From IMG/VR virus record IMGVR_UViG_3300005921_000003, positions 1 through 50,126 of that record: a stretch of DNA of 50,126 nt; one strand, written 5' to 3'. The notes beneath the pieces were generated by a model, which saw nothing but the letters and a program-made list of their open reading frames with translations, searched no databases and was not told the DNA's origin. Of this stretch, positions 45,828-50,126 are shown in pieces. Made by a program: the position numbers and the translations under genes. The first letter of the stretch is position 1; the number at the start of each line of letters is the position of its first letter. The stretch comes from a virus. Lineage: Duplodnaviria; Caudoviricetes.

Positions 45828-48451
45828 TGTCGATCGCTCGGAACGTAGAATGAATCGCCAGGAACGCTTGGCTCTTGTTCTTCGTCGGCGTGTTGGCGTT
45901 CGTTATCCTCAACCCGGAAGGGCTTGCCGTTCAATTTGCGTTCTGCCATTACGGCCTCCATAAGGTCGGCATCGGCCGATTCTCCGTAAACCTCGCGAGC
46001 GGCGCGCATTTCCTCGACGGCTTCTCTGGCTTGCGCTACCGTCTCTCGGCGCTCAACCGCTTCATCCGTTCGCTCGCGTAACTCGCCCAGGGTGCTCAGT
46101 GCGTCGGCGGCCTTGCGAACAAAAACCGTGAGCAAGATTAGCGCCGCAACCAGGACGATGCTGAAACAGGCAAGAGCCGCAGCGACGGCCAGAACGTCCC
46201 AACCGCTCATTGAAGCGTCTCCGTTCCGTCCCTTGCCAAAGATTCCTCGCTACGCCGGCGGAGGCCAGGTTGGCGGAGGAAAACCGGGGGCCGGATTGCT
46301 TCCGGGCCTTCGGCAGAGTTCTTCGGGGATATTGGTCGCGTGGTAAACGAAGCTGGTCTTGCAGGTGTACAGTGGCTCGCCCTCTGGCGTGAAGGCTCCG
46401 TCGAGGCGCGTTACTTCAGTGACAATCGTCTTTACACGTACCACCGAACCGTCGGAGCACAGATACTCACTCCACGGCTCCTGCCCGGTTTGCAGCGTCA
46501 ACGGAGTGCCTTCCATCCATTGCCCGTTGAACAGGACGCGGCGCTTGCGCTGCGATTCGCTCACGCTTCATCGCCTCCGCCAAGGGGCTCGTCATCGTCC
46601 TCTTCCTCGTCGTCAGGAATCTCGCACTCTTTCCCGCGATTCGCCATAATCTCAGAGCCTTGCGACAAGAACGCGGTCGAGAAGGCGATCGTCGTTTCGA
46701 CCATCTCCATGTATCCCGCAGCCTTTGGCTCCAGCTTCTCTTTCTGAGATTCGGTGTAGCCGGTAAGGATATTGGAAGCCAATTGCGCGCGCTGAATAAG
46801 CGTTGTATCAGTCTTGTCGATGGCCTGCATGCGGATCTGCTCAAGCTCTTTAGCCGCTTTGAGCACGGCCTCCGACGGCATCTTCGCGTACCCTTCTGCG
46901 CGCAAACGTTTGAGCGCGCGCTTCTCGGCCTGTTGTTCGGTAGAGAGCGTTGTGGTTGCCATGTATTCCTTTCTCGTTAACGACGTTTTGTTGGGCGCTT
47001 ACCGCCAAGTCCGCGCGCGTCAAGTTCTGCGCGCACCGCCTGGCGCATCATGTCGATCAGGTTTGCCGCCGCATTTCCAGAGAACGCATAGACGAGTACG
47101 ACTGGAAAGACGTCAGGGGTTGTCTCGCCTTCCTCAAGGATGATTGCTTCCCACTTTTGCCCCTTGCCGATGATCGGAGGACCTGCTTCGGCCATGCGAA
47201 AGCTTGCGGGCTTCGCGGCCCTGGGTAATGCGTTTGCGCTCATTTTCGTACTCAATCCATACCTCCGGATGACGGCTTAGAAAGCGGGGAACCGTGTGGT
47301 CACGTGGAGGCCGCGGTGGTTGTGCCATGCGCGATTTGCTATATCCGTTATTGCGCGTGCTGATACGAACTTTTTTCTCGGCCGCGCGTTTCTTCTTCTC
47401 GGCCTTCTTGGCGTTGATGCCTTTCATCGCATCGAGATCGGTATCAGCTCAGGATGGTCTTTAATAAACGCAAAGACGTTGCCGGGATCCTGGGCCTCCG
47501 TGAGCGAGGTTTCTAGGCTCAGCTTTGCGTTGGCGCGCTCCTCATCGGTTTTCGGAGGCGCGTATTCGTAGAACGCGCGCAGAGCGTTGGCAAGCACTTG
47601 TTGGCTCAGCATCGTGCGCGCAATCAAAAACTGTAGCTGACGGTGCGCGCGCTCGTCCCCGACCGGGTGCATACCCTCGATCATTGTCTCACCACCGTAA
47701 GCGCGCACCTAGAACACGCCAGATTTGTAATCTTGCCGCCAGGGGTTTCATAGCACTCCATCCACAGATGCCCGTGAAACATGCAAGTCACCGAACGACA
47801 GAGCATCTCCAGGGGAGACAGTTTTGGAACTCTCAATTCTGGATCGACGACGAACTTCATTGTGGAACCGCCTCTCGAACGTGGATGTGTAAATCTTTGA
47901 ACTGCGCGTTGAACTTGGCGATTTGAGCGCTGTAGTGGTGCAGCACGCCGACGGCTTCATCGAACTCCTTGAACTTCACCCCGCGTTCGGGCAAGAGCTC
48001 GTGATAGTTCCGATGGGCCTCGCGGTACTTCTCGATGAGTTCGGCGCGCAAGCGGTCGGCAGGTTTCACGGTCCCTGTTGTCCGGCCTTGAAGATGATTT
48101 GGTCAATGGCGGCATCGGTGATGACCGACTTCTGCAGCAGCTTTGCCAGCAGCATCGTGAGCGCCCAGCCTGCCGCTACGCCGCCCGGTTTCATCTCCAG
48201 CGCCGCGTGGTCAATCCGATCCCCGACAATGGCGAACGCCTCGGCAAAGGTCATCGCGGATTAGCCATTGTTTTGATAGCAGACGGACGCCGAACTAAGG
48301 GCGAACGGGGGACTTTGCGCCCCGTCCCAGCCATTTCAGCAATGTCGTCCAAAACATCGCACAAGCCGCACGGATGATTACGGTGGTGCTCCCAAGTACG
48401 GCTAGGACCGTCGTGTTTGATCCACGGACTCGGCCATTGCGGAACCCTCAT
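45824..48451 (-). other. Cluster of small hypothetical genes (45824-46210, 46250-46564, 46561-46962, 46977-47255, 47424-47684, 47857-48069, 48066-48254)
   Basis: Same-strand coupled ORFs with no recognisable function. Confidence 0.6.
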
Positions 48452-48627
48452 CTCGTTTTCTCCATCGCTCGGATGCGGACGCGCCGGGCTTCGGCCAAGG
48501 TCGCCGCGCGAATGAACGCGGTCGGCAGCATCGGCGGCTCCGACAGGAGCGCGGCCTCTGCGATCAGGGTCAACTCGGGTTCGGTCCACCTGATCCCGAT
48601 GGGTTTCTTTCGCCGCTCACCGTTCAC
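48448..48627 (-). CDS. Ribbon-helix-helix DNA-binding protein (DUF1778/MobC-like)
   Basis: IGIRWTEPE..LI.EAA.....FIR.A.L.EA. Confidence 0.6.
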   Translation of the reverse strand: MNGERRKKPIGIRWTEPELTLIAEAALLSEPPMLPTAFIRAATLAEARRVRIRAMEKTR

Positions 48628-48634
48628 TCGGCCT

Positions 48635-48663
48635 AACGTACTACGCGCGTAGCGCGCTGTCAA
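48635..48663 (-). promoter_or_regulatory. Sigma70 promoter with palindromic operator
   Basis: TTGACA-N17-TACGTT-N7-GTG; perfect palindrome CTACGCGCGTAG (48641-48652) in the spacer. Confidence 0.65.
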
Positions 48664-49123
48664 CCCAAGACGGCCACCGGCCATTGAAGCCGCGGCGATC
48701 AAGGGTCCTCTTTCGTCTTAAGGTGTTTTGAGCAACCTGGCGACACGGGCGGCAATAGCGTCGCTCTCGTCCGTGTCGCGAGGTCACAAGCACATTAGCG
48801 GCGTTTGTGAGGTCATGCCCGCGCCTAATGCAGCTGTTCCGACGCACGCTTCTCAACTCATTTTCTTGGCGCGTAACATCTTCCAAGTGATCAGGGTTGA
48901 CGCATATTTTATTAAAACAGGTATGGTCAACCTCGTTGACTACATCGTGCCCAACCAATAGGAGCAGCGAAAACCTGTGCGCCGAGCACCTCGCTTTAGA
49001 GCTTACGTGAAACCGCCCATATCCAGAATTGATGATCTCTCCGCGCCATTCCCAACACCCGTTATCCATGATCTCCACATGCGAACAAAACCTGTACAGT
49101 AAATCCGCTCTTTTACGCGGCAC
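48641..49123 (-). CDS. HNH endonuclease
   Basis: CWEWRG, GYG, AHR, VDHTC.NKICVNPDHLE.VT..EN. Confidence 0.9.
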   Translation of the reverse strand: MPRKRADLLYRFCSHVEIMDNGCWEWRGEIINSGYGRFHVSSKARCSAHRFSLLLLVGHDVVNEVDHTCFNKICVNPDHLEDVTRQENELRSVRRNSCIRRGHDLTNAANVLVTSRHGRERRYCRPCRQVAQNTLRRKRTLDRRGFNGRWPSWVDSALRA

Positions 49124-49124
49124 G

Positions 49125-49844
49125 CTATCCTCCGTTTAGCTTTATCGGTTCTATTCGTCTATTTGGATGCTCCCTATTAAAAATCCCACAATTAGCGCAG
49201 GCATCGAAGGCGTCGTTGATGCAGGTCTGTCTTGCCTCGGGGATCGGCGCGCCGGAGAACCTCCGCAGGTCGGTCAGCGTACTCGCCAGCCTCACCGTCA
49301 ACTCGCGACGGTCGCGTTCGATATTCATTCCCCGCGAAAGATCACAACCATGACGAAAAGGAAAAACACTGCCGCTGCAATCACTCCGACGACTTGATCG
49401 ACGCTCACAGGTTCGTAATCACCTCGCCAGCAGAGAGGGGGCGGTGCAGCGCCATGAACGGCCAGACCGCCCAAATCCAACCGTCCCGAACCACATACAG
49501 CGTCCAGCTATGCCGCCAAAATACCAGCCACTTCGCCCCGAACAACCGCACGCACGCCCAGGCGATCAGCAGCCCCAGCCACCAAAGCAGCACCCACGGC
49601 CTGCTTATAAACGCCGGTTTCATTCAACGAGTTTCCCTTGGGCTCTTAAGCTCGCAAGGAGTTTCGCTTTCATTTCGCCAGGCGTGATAATTACTTTGGC
49701 CGGACGGTAAAGTCTCGGGACTCCAGGTCCGTAAAATCGGCTGTTGATTGGCCTGTGCCCGCCGTACCCTTTGCGATAGCGCCGCGCCTGGCTTGTCTCG
49801 CGGTTCTTTTTCGTGGCAAACGAATGCTTCGTTCGGTCAGGCAT
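49125..49844 (-). other. Small hypothetical genes (49125-49328, 49405-49623, 49620-49844)
   Basis: Coupled ORFs; TTGCGC-N17-CAGAAT-N7-ATG promoter at 49852-49880. Confidence 0.5.
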
Positions 49845-50046
49845 CACGCTCATTCTGCGACAAAAATCACGGTAGCGCAAGACTTCCGGCGGTAGCGGGA
49901 TTCCAACCTCTTGCGGGCCAGCCCGGCCCGGTTGCGTTCTCCCTCTGGAGTGAGGGTGTTGTGGCAGGCTCAACTATACCGCCGATATTTCGAGAGAGCG
50001 ACGAGGGCCTACCCTTTGCGGGGATTTATGGCAACCCCGCCGCCAT

Positions 50047-50126
50047 TGAAACTCTCAGTCCCATCTTCGCAAAATTCACGCGCGCACGCAAGAGCGTTTC
50101 ACGTGGAACCGTTTTTCAAAAAAAAA
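50047..50126. repeat. Terminal direct repeat (right copy)
   Basis: Identical to 1-80. Confidence 0.95.

Noticed and set aside
18239-49844. Genome-wide TAG recoding
   Set aside because: Core genes are full length in the standard code; TAG stops often just overlap the next RBS (TAGGAG)
1-50126. CRISPR array, tRNA genes, reverse transcriptase/DGR, integrase, introns or inteins
   Set aside because: No repeat-spacer periodicity, cloverleaf or diagnostic motifs seen by eye; tRNAscan-SE and HMM searches are needed to exclude them

Overview
The window looks like a complete, circularly assembled, GC-rich ~50 kb tailed phage genome (bases 1-80 are repeated at 50047-50126) with a P22-like podovirus gene set. 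The + strand (about 1.2-18.2 kb) carries early/replication genes: exonuclease plus candidate annealase, Prim-Pol/AAA primase-helicase, HNH nucleases, an adenine methyltransferase, a resolvase-like nuclease, a lipoprotein phosphoesterase, a Prp-like protease and many microproteins. The - strand (about 18.2-49.8 kb) carries lysis, ejection, tail, capsid, portal and terminase genes. A 2.87 kb IS1-family element (18-bp TIRs, perfect 9-bp target duplication) splits an early gene and carries a proteasome-beta-like Ntn hydrolase. The most notable unannotated signals are: (i) an identical 12-bp box (CTCCCTCAACTT) found three times, each exactly 29 nt upstream of a -10-like hexamer in the virion region, with a LuxR-type HTH gene as candidate activator; (ii) repeated leaderless-gene architecture; (iii) a chromosomal-type parS site with no ParAB or integrase gene, plus a structured, plasmid-like leader before the primase; (iv) a minimal Prp-like cysteine protease; (v) one domain inserted in three different virion proteins. 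All protein calls come from motif recognition by eye, not database searches. The host (possibly Eremiobacterota or Acidobacteria-like soil bacteria) is inference only.
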